Source: an uncultured Pseudomonadota bacterium (lineage in GTDB: Bacteria > Oederibacteriota > Muellerivitia > Muellerivitales > Muellerivitaceae). Taken from it: a DNA stretch of 64,000 nt. Both the position numbers and the translations under genes were made by a program. Below, in pieces: positions 9,309 through 17,962 of this stretch. The notes under the pieces are model-generated. The model was not told the origin of the DNA. It made no database searches and saw nothing but the letters and a program-made list of their open reading frames with translations. Positions within the stretch are counted from its first letter, which is position 1; each line of letters starts with the position of its first letter. The stretch is taken from the NCBI GenBank assembly GCA_963836235.1, contig CAWIIP010000002.1, positions 1,824,001 to 1,888,000 of the forward strand. The letters are read 5' to 3'.

Positions 9309-9719
9309 ATGAACGGTTCAACTTATTTAGCCCTGTCCATTTTGCTGATGGGGTCCGCCGGTCTGGCTTCGGCCCAAATCATGGTCGCGACGCCATCGGC
9401 GCCGGCATCAATGACAACATCGGCGATACCGATTACGGGAGCCGCCGCCGATGGACCCGCCTCAAAGACCGAAATAAACGCGCGGATCACGGACCAAGAA
9501 ACCCGGATTGACGCGGATTCGAAAGTGGGCAAGCTGACCCTGGAGCAGGCGAAGCCCCTCAAGTGCTCCTTGAAAAAGATCAAGAAGCAGAAGAAGGCCG
9601 ATTACGCTGAAAATGGTAAAAATGAATTGGGCGGCGACCAAAAAACCGATTTAAACAACCAGTTGGACGCGAACGAGAAAAACCTCACCACCACCAATGG
9701 AGTTAAAAATACGAATTGA
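9309..9719 (+). CDS. Secreted helical hypothetical protein
   Basis: AAGGAGG RBS, signal peptide, QETRI..GKLT..E repeat-like helices. Confidence 0.75.
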   Translation: MNGSTYLALSILLMGSAGLASAQIMVATPSAPASMTTSAIPITGAAADGPASKTEINARITDQETRIDADSKVGKLTLEQAKPLKCSLKKIKKQKKADYAENGKNELGGDQKTDLNNQLDANEKNLTTTNGVKNTN

Positions 9720-9782
9720 CCCGGCTGGAATGTCCGGTCCTCACTTGAGGGAATAGGGGTGATGTTTTCGCGGATTGGCGGA

Positions 9783-9798
9783 CGGTACGGAAGTTGCT
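9783..9798 (+). promoter_or_regulatory. Sigma54 -24/-12 promoter
   Basis: cGGtacggaagTTGCT upstream of the GlsB-family gene. Confidence 0.65.
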
Positions 9799-9848
9799 TT
9801 AAGTTGGATGATGTCAGTTGGAAAAATAAAATTTAGGGAGCGGGAAAA

Positions 9849-10124
9849 ATGTATTACTCGATGCAGTTCCACAACTTGGTTTGGTTTTTAATCGTAGGAG
9901 GTTTTGCCGGCTGGCTGGCCAGCGTCGTGGTCACGGGCGGCGGCATGGGAATCTTCGCGGATATCGCCGTGGGTGTGGCGGGGGCCATGGTCGGCGGGGT
10001 TTTGGCTGATTCTCTCAATTGGAATATCTATGGATTTTGGGGCGTACTGGGTGTTTCGATTTTGGGCTCCATGATTTTGATCGTCATATTTCGGGGCCTT
10101 TTTGGTAAGAGGCAGCGGGCTTAA
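9849..10124 (+). CDS. GlsB/YeaQ/YmgE stress membrane protein
   Basis: FLIVGGFAGWLAS..GIFADIAVGVAGAMVGG. Confidence 0.9.
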   Translation: MYYSMQFHNLVWFLIVGGFAGWLASVVVTGGGMGIFADIAVGVAGAMVGGVLADSLNWNIYGFWGVLGVSILGSMILIVIFRGLFGKRQRA

Positions 10125-10227
10125 CCGGATTCGAAAGAGTCCTTCGTCACATCCAGCGAAACAACCAACCCGGTGATGGGCCTCAGGGAAGGTCCATCCC
10201 CTTCCATCAAGAAAAGGAAAAGCAAAA

Positions 10228-10347
10228 ATGGCGAAAAAAACCAGGGGCGCAAGAATGGTAGCCGCGAAAAAAAGAGCCGCGAAAAGGCATGGCGGCAAGG
10301 GGCCGGTGAAAGACAGGCCCGCCGGCAAACACATCATGAAAACCTAA
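10228..10347 (+). CDS. 39-aa Lys/Arg-rich small protein (not in the ORF track)
   Basis: AAGGA RBS; MAKKTRGARMVAAKKRAAKRHGGKGPVKDRPAGKHIMKT. Confidence 0.55.
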   Translation: MAKKTRGARMVAAKKRAAKRHGGKGPVKDRPAGKHIMKT

Positions 10348-10453
10348 AACCACCCGTTAAAAGGGCCGTCCGCATGGGCGAGGTTCATGTCGGGGCGATC
10401 ACCTAGGCGTCACCACGGTCGTTAGAAAATCACAGATTAAACCAGGAGAGATT

Positions 10454-11221
10454 ATGAAACCGATGTTTTTAAGCGTTCTCAAGTACACGGGAGCCTGTTT
10501 GCTCCTCTTCGCCTTTTCTTTCATGGTCGGAACGAAAGTTCTTTCCGCCGAACCCACCCTCCTTCACCTGGATTTCCAGGATGAGCAGGGCCAGCCGGTC
10601 AGTGTGACCCGGGCGACCTTGGTTTTGGTGGCCGGCAGTTACATTGATAAATTGCCGTTGGAAGTCGCGAATCATGGGCTGGATCTTCCGCTGGACGCTT
10701 CCTGGCTGAAAGCGAATTGGCCCGGGGGCACAAGCCGCTTTAAGAATATGGACCGGGCCTATGTGTTCCTGAAAGCCCCGGGATATGCCTCGATCTGCTC
10801 GGACCCGATCCATTGGATCGGAACCGAAACGGACGGTTTGGGGAAGGATGTCGTCATCTCCTTTCCGCGCGGCAAAACATTAGCGGTCTCGAGAGGACAG
10901 GCGGTTTCTTTCCCGGTGAACTTTCGAAAGTCCAATGACCGGTTTTTGAAGCTGTCGGATGGAAAAGGAAATCCTTTAGCGGGAATCCAGGTTAAGTCCT
11001 ACATTTATTGGTCCAAAAGCGACGACGGCGACTTGAACGGGTCGGATTTCCTGAGCGAGGGGACGAGCGACGCGACCGGGCGAGTTCCCGTGATGGACGG
11101 GGATTTTATTTACGCCTTTCAAGTAACTCCCAAGACCGCTGACGGCACTAAAGCCGCTACCGTGCTCATCGTGAGGCGGTTTGATAGCAAGGAATATCCT
11201 GTCACCGTGCCGCTGAATTAG
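10454..11221 (+). CDS. Secreted hypothetical protein (carboxypeptidase regulatory-like beta domains)
   Basis: Signal peptide; two D-x-x-G-x-P-[VL] motifs; AGGAG RBS. Confidence 0.65.
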   Translation: MKPMFLSVLKYTGACLLLFAFSFMVGTKVLSAEPTLLHLDFQDEQGQPVSVTRATLVLVAGSYIDKLPLEVANHGLDLPLDASWLKANWPGGTSRFKNMDRAYVFLKAPGYASICSDPIHWIGTETDGLGKDVVISFPRGKTLAVSRGQAVSFPVNFRKSNDRFLKLSDGKGNPLAGIQVKSYIYWSKSDDGDLNGSDFLSEGTSDATGRVPVMDGDFIYAFQVTPKTADGTKAATVLIVRRFDSKEYPVTVPLN

Positions 11222-11310
11222 GGACGGATTCGGATCCGGAATCAGCCGGATCGAAGGATTTCCAAACCAGTTTTTTTAACCAGTTCATACAAGCAAGAAA
11301 AGAGGAAGTT

Positions 11311-11823
11311 ATGTTTTCGGATTTGAGAAAAGTTTGGTCGGTCGGTTTGATGATGGCGGGAGTTCTTTTGTTGCCGCTCTGTTCCCGGGCGGACTCGGGT
11401 TATAACCCGACGAATTCGGGGGGCAATTTCGGCTTGGGCTTGGAGGTGGGTGATCCGGGCAACTGGGGCATCACGGGCAAAATCTGGATCGACCGGGTGA
11501 ACGCCTTTCAGCCGGCGGTGAAATTCGACTCCGCGGGTGACGCCCTCCTGCAGTTGGATTATTTGTGGCACAACTTCGACATCATCCACATGAAGGATAC
11601 CGACGGCGAAATGCCGGTTTATATTGGACTGGGCGGAGATCTCCTGCTTCAAGACACGGTGCAAATCGCGGGCCGGGTTCCGATCGGTATTTCCTACATT
11701 TTCGACAAGCGGAACGTGCCGGTGGATATTTACCTGCAGGCGGTACCAACCCTTTGGTTTTTTAGCGGCGGCCTGACGACGTTCGATGTCTATGGTGAAT
11801 TGGGCGCGCATTACTACTTCTGA
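11311..11823 (+). CDS. Small outer-membrane beta-barrel protein
   Basis: Signal peptide, FGLGLEVGDP, RVPIGISY, C-terminal HYYF. Confidence 0.75.
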   Translation: MFSDLRKVWSVGLMMAGVLLLPLCSRADSGYNPTNSGGNFGLGLEVGDPGNWGITGKIWIDRVNAFQPAVKFDSAGDALLQLDYLWHNFDIIHMKDTDGEMPVYIGLGGDLLLQDTVQIAGRVPIGISYIFDKRNVPVDIYLQAVPTLWFFSGGLTTFDVYGELGAHYYF

Positions 11824-11848
11824 TCAGTGAAAAGAAAGGATATTCGAA

Positions 11849-11995
11849 ATGTTATTTACGATCGCGGCCGTGCTGGTGGTTCTTTGGCTTTTAGGTTTCG
11901 TGAGTTCCTACACCCTGGGGGGATATATCCACATACTCCTGGTCATAGCCCTCATTGTTTTAGTTGTCGGCTTTTTACAGGGCCGGAAGGCTTAA
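11849..11995 (+). CDS. lmo0937-family small membrane protein, 48 aa (not in the ORF track)
   Basis: MLFTIAAVLVVLWLLGFVSSYTLGGYIHILLVIALIVLVVGFLQGRKA; AAGGA RBS. Confidence 0.9.
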   Translation: MLFTIAAVLVVLWLLGFVSSYTLGGYIHILLVIALIVLVVGFLQGRKA

Positions 11996-12057
11996 CTTCT
12001 GAGAAACCCCACGGCTTGAGGCTTAAGCCACGAGGTTCTTGAAGGGATGAGGTTTTT

Positions 12058-12083
12058 AAAAAGTCCGCGCGAGCGGACTTTTT
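12058..12083 (+). terminator. Intrinsic terminator
   Basis: AAAAAGTCCGC-GCGA-GCGGACTTTTT hairpin. Confidence 0.7.
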
Positions 12084-12106
12084 ATCTTTCCGTTAAAGGT
12101 CGCGTC

Positions 12107-12460
12107 ATGAGAATTTTTTTCATCTTTGGGCTGATCCTGACCCTCACGGGCTGCGCCACTTTCGGCATCAATGATCCCCAACTGAAATTAAAGGTCGAGC
12201 CGGACCCGGCGGTCCGGGGGAAGAGGGCCTTGTTCGTCCTGAATGCGCCGATGGACGCGGAGAAGGTCACGGGAGTGCTGGAAATTTTCACCAGCCCGTT
12301 GTTTAAATTCAAAAAAGATCTCAAAAAGAAATATTGGTTCATTTCAAACAAGATTCCCGAGACGGCTTTGGTGCCGCCCGGGATTTATTGGGTGAGGCTG
12401 TCCTATTCTTTGGGGAATCAGACACCCCATTTCATGAGGATGCAACTGCGGCTGAAGTAA
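12107..12460 (+). CDS. Hypothetical lipoprotein
   Basis: Lipobox LTGC after a hydrophobic segment. Confidence 0.65.
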   Translation: MRIFFIFGLILTLTGCATFGINDPQLKLKVEPDPAVRGKRALFVLNAPMDAEKVTGVLEIFTSPLFKFKKDLKKKYWFISNKIPETALVPPGIYWVRLSYSLGNQTPHFMRMQLRLK

Positions 12461-12501
12461 CAGTCTTGTTTTTTCCCCGGCACTAAAAAAGAAAGAAGGC
12501 G

Positions 12502-12921
12502 ATGATGTCCATTTCAAAAGAAACGGTATTAGAGTCGATAAAACAGGACCATGTGATGGTTTTGAACGTGCTTCCGGAAGCGGAATTCCAAAAGCTTCAT
12601 ATCGAGGGCTCCCGTAACCTGCCTTTAACCACGGACCATGGGGCTTTCGCGGAGGCGGTTGAAAAGCAGTACGGCAAGAAGCGGTTTTTTATCATTTATG
12701 GCTCCAACATCGGCAGCCGGACGGCCATCGACGCGTCCGACGCGCTGTTGAAGAGGGGCTTCAAAGCCGAAGTCTACCTCAGCGGGATGAGGGGATGGAC
12801 CGAGGCCGGCTTTCCGACGGGCCGGAACCGACGCCCCGAAAAAGGCGGCTTCTCTGTGAGTGGGCTGGTGAACGGGCGCGATTCGGAATCTCCCGGTGTC
12901 CGGAAGTACACGTCGGAATAA
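12502..12921 (+). CDS. Rhodanese-like protein
   Basis: LHIEGSRNLP, YLSGMRGWTEAGFP; no Cys in the IIYG loop. Confidence 0.85.
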   Translation: MMSISKETVLESIKQDHVMVLNVLPEAEFQKLHIEGSRNLPLTTDHGAFAEAVEKQYGKKRFFIIYGSNIGSRTAIDASDALLKRGFKAEVYLSGMRGWTEAGFPTGRNRRPEKGGFSVSGLVNGRDSESPGVRKYTSE

Positions 12922-13059
12922 CGAGCCCGGCGCTTTTTTACGGGGAACCCCCGCGCCTTCTTTTGACTTTTTCACCTTCCGGTTAAAATATCCCGAGGAC
13001 TAGGTATGCCGAGGGAAACTGTTTAGCATGGGTTGAAATAAGACTTCGGGGAGATTTGA

Positions 13060-14442
13060 ATGCCGATCTTTTTTTCCTGGTCCCTGGGCCATGTTTTTGC
13101 GATCTTCAATTTTCTTTTGGCCGTCCTTTTCGTTTCCTTCATCTTGCGCTCCAAGAGGCCGCCGGGAAGCACCCTGGCCTGGCTTTTTTTCGTGCTGGCG
13201 GCGCCCTATATCGGAATTCCCTTCTTTATTTTCCTTGCCGACCGGAAGACCAAGAGCCGCTTCCACCAAAAGAAATCTCTCTACGAGCCCAATCCACCTC
13301 AAGAAGGCCAATGGGAGGGGGCGGTGGAAAAGTTGCTGGCCGGGCTGGGAGTGACGCCTTCCCGCGGCGGCCAAAAGGCCGAACTGGTTTCCACCGGGGA
13401 GGAGGCCTACGCCCGGATCGCCGGGATGATTTCCACCGCCCGCAAGCGCATCCATTTGACCACCTTCATTTTCGCCAAGGACCCGGTGGCCGAAAGTCTC
13501 ATCGAACTGCTGGAAAAAAAGGCCGAAGAGGGCGTGGCGGTGCGGGTGCTGCTGGATTCCATGGGATCGCTCATGGCCAAGCGGCCCTCCTTCAAGGGTT
13601 TGGTGGAAAAAGGCGGACAGGTCGTTTTTTTCAATCCCGTGTTCCACCTGCCTTTCCGGGGGAGGGCCAACCTGCGCAACCATCGCAAGCTCCTGATCGC
13701 CGATTCCGAAAGGGCCATCCTGGGGGGGATGAACATCGCTAAGGAATATATGGGCCCCAACCCCGATCCCAATCGCTGGACCGACCTTTGCCTGGAGGTG
13801 GAGGGTTCCTGCGTTCGGGATATGGAAGCGGTCTTCGCCGAGGACTGGAAATTCGCCACGCAGGAGGAGCCGGGCGGGGAACCGCCCGCCCCGGTGGAAG
13901 ACAGGGGGGACTGCCGACTTCAAGTGATCGCCGAGGGGCCGGACGTGAGATTCGACCCCCTTTACGACACCCTCATCTCGTTGATTTACCAGGCCTCGCG
14001 CAGAATCTGGATCGCTACGCCTTACTTCATCCCCGACGAATCCCTCACCCGGGCGCTGGAGCTGGCGGGCCGCCGGGGAATCGAAGTGCGGGTATTGGTT
14101 CCCCGGAACTCCAACCATCTTCTCGCCGACCTGGCTCGGGGGACCTATCTGCGCCAGCTTTTGAAATCCGGGTGCCAGGTCGATCTGGCGGAGAAAATGC
14201 TGCACGCCAAGGCCTTCCTGGTGGACGGGAATTACGCCATTCTTGGATCGGCCAATTTCGATATGAGGAGCCTGCTGCTGAATTACGAGATCGGCGTCTT
14301 GACCCGCGCCGGCGGGCCGCTGGCGGCTTTGGAAAAATGGTTCCAGGCGCAATTCGAGGCGGCGGGAAAGTCCGATTTAAAGGTGAATTATTTCCGGGAT
14401 ATGGCCGAGAGCGTGGGGCGAGTTTTGGGCCCGCTGATTTAG
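13060..14442 (+). CDS. cls: Cardiolipin synthase (PLD family)
   Basis: Two N-terminal TMs; HKD motifs RNHRKLLIAD and LHAKAFLVD. Confidence 0.92.
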   Translation: MPIFFSWSLGHVFAIFNFLLAVLFVSFILRSKRPPGSTLAWLFFVLAAPYIGIPFFIFLADRKTKSRFHQKKSLYEPNPPQEGQWEGAVEKLLAGLGVTPSRGGQKAELVSTGEEAYARIAGMISTARKRIHLTTFIFAKDPVAESLIELLEKKAEEGVAVRVLLDSMGSLMAKRPSFKGLVEKGGQVVFFNPVFHLPFRGRANLRNHRKLLIADSERAILGGMNIAKEYMGPNPDPNRWTDLCLEVEGSCVRDMEAVFAEDWKFATQEEPGGEPPAPVEDRGDCRLQVIAEGPDVRFDPLYDTLISLIYQASRRIWIATPYFIPDESLTRALELAGRRGIEVRVLVPRNSNHLLADLARGTYLRQLLKSGCQVDLAEKMLHAKAFLVDGNYAILGSANFDMRSLLLNYEIGVLTRAGGPLAALEKWFQAQFEAAGKSDLKVNYFRDMAESVGRVLGPLI

Positions 14443-14461
14443 AACTTCCCACAAAAACCGA

Positions 14462-14579
14462 TTGAACCACCAAGACACCAAGGGCACCAAGAAAGTCAAA
14501 AACAAAGGCTGGATTTATAAGGTTTTCCAATGTTTTTTATTTTGCTGTTCTTAGTGTTCTTGGTGTCTTGGTGGTTCAA
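14462..14579. repeat. Palindromic dispersed repeat, family A copy 1
   Basis: AACCACCAAGACACCAAGGGCACCAAG..AT-rich core..CTTGGTGTCTTGGTGGTT. Confidence 0.85.
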
Positions 14580-14672
14580 AGGGGTTTTGTTTTTAATTTT
14601 TGCGTCGGTTGGTAGAATGGGGAAGTTTGAGGGGGCCTTGGCAGCCCTGAAATTTGAACAAGGGGAAGAGAT

Positions 14673-15983
14673 ATGAAACGAAAGACTCTACTGGTTTTGG
14701 CGTTGTTCTTAATACCGGCACTCAGCGTCTTTGGCGAGAATAACAACCATGACGGCGGATCGGGCGGCGGCCGATCCAACGGCGGCCATCCGAGAGGCGG
14801 CAATGGCGGCGGCCACGCCGCGCGGCAGCCGGTGGTCATCAACATGACGCACCCTTCCAGCGGCGGCCATAACACCAACTTCCCGTCCCAGCAGGGGCAT
14901 TCGAGTTTCAGCGGCCAGCCCTCCTACGGGCGGGTCCAATGGAACGCCTCCAGTCACAATGCTCCCAACCACTTTTCCCGGCCCGATGTGAAATCCTACT
15001 CGAGCCCCGGCGTGAGGGCGTCGGTTTCGGTCCACCACCATCCCTACACCCAGGGTTACGTGCGCAAGAAACTGCAGAACATCGGTGTCAAGCACGAGCC
15101 CAGCTATATCACCGACCGCGCGGAAATCATCCACACCGACCGGGCCCATTCCATCATCGGTTATCCCCGCGTGGGGCCGGACCATATGGCCCTTTCGGCC
15201 AATGCCTTCTCCCCCCGGCGTTTCAACGACCCCCTGGTCCGCAACCACATGGCCCTGGTGGACGGGGCGGATTGGCGCCTGCGCATCGGCGGATTTGAGC
15301 GTACCGAATTCGAACCCGGCCGTTATTACTGGCACGCCGGCGACGGTTTCAACTACTGCCATTACATCGACAACTCGGGTTACCATTGGTGGGGCTGGTA
15401 CGTGGGCGGAAGCCAGTTTTTCTGGACCCGCAATTTCGGCGGCCGCTATTGGTGGTACGATTCGGGCTTCGACCGATGGTGCTTCTGGAACGAGGGCTTC
15501 TGGTGGTGGCAGGATCCCTATCACGTGGGCGACCTCTATTGCTACAACAACGACAACTACATCCCCTGCAACTCGGCGGAGGACCAGGTGGTCGTGACGA
15601 GCCCTGAAAATTCCAGCTTCCAAACCTATACCAGCCCCGATGGCAGCCGGATGGTGAAAATCTCAACCGATACCCAGGATGCCTTTCTCTACGACACGGC
15701 TACTCCTCCCAACTTCCAGCCTATCTATATGGCTTCGGGAGTGCAAAGCGTCCAGTTTTCCGACACCAGCAACGGGAGACCGCTGGAGATCATCTTGAAG
15801 CTCAACGACGGCTCCTTCGACATGTTCGATGGGCAGGGGAACTCTTATAATCCCGGCAGTGCCGACGCCGACCAGAGCGGCTATTCCGACGGGTCCCAGC
15901 CCTCGGCGCCTTCCGATGGAGGAACGCCGCCCGCGGGCTCCAACGCCCCGGCGGCGCCCGGTCCCGGACAAGCCGGAACCTGA
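14673..15983 (+). CDS. Secreted hypothetical protein with Gly/His-rich N-terminus and Trp/Tyr-rich domain
   Basis: Long ORF, signal peptide, RBS, downstream terminator. Confidence 0.8.
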   Translation: MKRKTLLVLALFLIPALSVFGENNNHDGGSGGGRSNGGHPRGGNGGGHAARQPVVINMTHPSSGGHNTNFPSQQGHSSFSGQPSYGRVQWNASSHNAPNHFSRPDVKSYSSPGVRASVSVHHHPYTQGYVRKKLQNIGVKHEPSYITDRAEIIHTDRAHSIIGYPRVGPDHMALSANAFSPRRFNDPLVRNHMALVDGADWRLRIGGFERTEFEPGRYYWHAGDGFNYCHYIDNSGYHWWGWYVGGSQFFWTRNFGGRYWWYDSGFDRWCFWNEGFWWWQDPYHVGDLYCYNNDNYIPCNSAEDQVVVTSPENSSFQTYTSPDGSRMVKISTDTQDAFLYDTATPPNFQPIYMASGVQSVQFSDTSNGRPLEIILKLNDGSFDMFDGQGNSYNPGSADADQSGYSDGSQPSAPSDGGTPPAGSNAPAAPGPGQAGT

Positions 15984-16274
15984 TTCCAGCCTAAGTTATC
16001 CGCACCAAGGGTCCGGCCCTCCATCACTTCGGTGGTTTGAGAAGGCCGGGCCCTTTTTTGTTGCGGAGAAAAAATTCGGCCCCGCCATCTTTTTTAAAAG
16101 AGGGTTATATGACCGTCTCTCTATTTTCAAATTCCTCAATTTTCGAAGTAACCGACTTCTTTGTAGGTCCCGGTTTAATTTTTTCACCGGCCCGCTAGGC
16201 TTTTCCCCTCCTCCACCCCAAAATGTCCCACATCAGCCCCATCGGTTTTGGATGGAAACCCAAGGAGACGCGCC

Positions 16275-16943
16275 ATGGACGTGAATGAAGCTTTGAGAAG
16301 CCGTTATACCTGCCGGGATTTCAAACCGACCGCCTTGCCCAAGGGAGTGATATCGGAAATCCTTGAAGCGGCCGGCCGGGCGCCTTCTTGGGCCGATACC
16401 CAGCCTTGGGAAGTCTTCGTGGCGGGAGGCGACGCTTTGGAGAGGCTTCGCCAGGCTTACTTGGCCAACTTCGCCAAGGGGGTCGCTCCCCACCCGGATA
16501 TTCCGGCTCCGACCCAATGGCCGGCGGACCTGAAACAGCGCATGGACGAGCTGTTGGTCCTCCATAAAAAGGAAGCCCAGGCCCTTTCGGGAAATTCCTC
16601 GGACCCCCAGGCTTACCTGACCCGCCAGATGAGGTTCTTCAACGCGCCGGTCGTGGTTTTTATTTGCATGGATAAGGCCCTTACTTCCTGGTCGGTTTTC
16701 GACCTGGGCTTCTTCACCCAAAGCCTCATGCTGGCTGCCACGGAAAAGGGGCTGGATACGGCCCCCGCCTATCGGCTGGTCTCCTATCCCGACCTGGTGA
16801 GGCAAGAGCTGGGAATCCACCCGGAGCTTTCGGTCGTATTCGGGGTCGCCTTGGGCTATGGCATGGACCGTTCCGATGCCGTCGGGTTCCAAAGCCCCCG
16901 GCGGGACAACCGGGATGTGGTCCGTTTCAAGGGTTTTGAGTGA
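16275..16943 (+). CDS. Nitroreductase family protein
   Basis: RSRYTCRDFK, RAPSWADTQPW, FNAPV, LMLAA..GL. Confidence 0.92.
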   Translation: MDVNEALRSRYTCRDFKPTALPKGVISEILEAAGRAPSWADTQPWEVFVAGGDALERLRQAYLANFAKGVAPHPDIPAPTQWPADLKQRMDELLVLHKKEAQALSGNSSDPQAYLTRQMRFFNAPVVVFICMDKALTSWSVFDLGFFTQSLMLAATEKGLDTAPAYRLVSYPDLVRQELGIHPELSVVFGVALGYGMDRSDAVGFQSPRRDNRDVVRFKGFE

Positions 16944-16945
16944 GG
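16925..16945 (+). repeat. 21-bp direct repeat, left copy (nitroreductase 3' end)
   Basis: TTTCAAGGGTTTTGAGTGAGG, identical at 18989-19009. Confidence 0.9.
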
Positions 16946-17059
16946 GGGATGATTGTTTAAAGGCGTTTGTTCAATTTTTTAGGGTCCTGTTTCAGATGGA
17001 ACACAGCAAAAATTTGAATGGTCGAAGTTCCGCAAACATAAAAAATCCCGTATGGAAAC

Positions 17060-17445
17060 CTGGATATAAGGCTTGGCGGGCTCATTGCCACCTGGCCCGG
17101 CGGCCCAAACCCACCCAAAGCGAGAAAGCCGCCCTGGCCCGCGCCGCCAAGGCCATGAACCCCCTCCACCTCGAAAAAACCTTCAACCTCTTCACTCCCG
17201 CCACCCTTTACCGGTGGTATCGGGAATTGGTTCGGGAAAAATGCCGTTACCCCCGCATTCAAAAAAAGCCGGGCAGGCCCAGGATTTCCGCTGAACTCGA
17301 AGCCTTGATCGTCAAACTGGCCCTGGAAAACCCTCAAGACGGCTACGATTCCCTCGTCGGCAAGCTCCAAACCCTTGGGTTTCAAGCCAATTCGGAAACC
17401 GTTCAAAACGTCCTCAAACGCAACGGCTTCCCGCCTTCCCCTTGA
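17060..17445 (+). pseudogene. N-terminal fragment of an integrase/transposase, truncated by IS3
   Basis: FTPATLYRWYRELV..PGRPRIS..LIVKLALENP..GY..; its stop codon is the first TGA of the IS3 end. Confidence 0.75.
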
Positions 17446-17962
17446 CCTGCCCCCAAAAAACTAATCCACCTGTACGGTTATAATAATCCGAAAGGTTGGT
17501 TGAAAAGGGGGCTTTATGCCGAGAAAAAAGCACAATGCAGAACAGATCATTTCCATACTTCGCCAGGTGGAAGTAGAGCAGGCCAAAGGGCGTTCCGTTG
17601 AGGAAGTCTGCCGCGAAGTTCAAATCACGTCTTTCACCTACTACCGTTGGCGCAAAATGTACGGTGGGCTGAAGATGGACCAAGCCAAAAAGCTCAAAGA
17701 CCTCGAAAGAGAAAACGCCCAGCTCAAGAAGGTAGTGGCTGATTTGGTGCTGGATAAAGCGATTCTGAAAGAGTTGGCCCGGGGAAACTTCTAAGCCCGG
17801 AAAAACGTCGCCGTGGAATCCAATTAGCTTGTGAAAAAGTACAGGTTTCCCAAAGACGTGCCTGCCGGGCATTAGGACAATCCAGAAGTACCCAGCGATA
17901 TATTCCGCAGGTTAGATCAGATGAACCTGTTTTGGTGGGACGGATGGTGGAGTTGGCTTGTG
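17443..17962 (+). mobile_element. Truncated IS3-family element (IS407-like left end, orfA, start of orfB)
   Basis: Left end TGACCTGCCCCC; G GGA AAC frameshift site; orfB start LSPEKRR..VSQRRACRALGQSRSTQRY is cut at about 17962. Confidence 0.88.
17516..17794 (+). CDS. IS3 transposase OrfA
   Basis: EQIISILRQ..TYYRWRKMYGG..LKDLERENAQLKKVVADL. Confidence 0.92.
   Translation: MPRKKHNAEQIISILRQVEVEQAKGRSVEEVCREVQITSFTYYRWRKMYGGLKMDQAKKLKDLERENAQLKKVVADLVLDKAILKELARGNF

Noticed and set aside
13000-14352. 450-aa minus-strand ORF (similarly 14709-15623, 58064-59137, 61200-62258, 62494-63738)
   Set aside because: Antisense shadows of well-supported genes in GC-rich sequence, with no recognisable motifs
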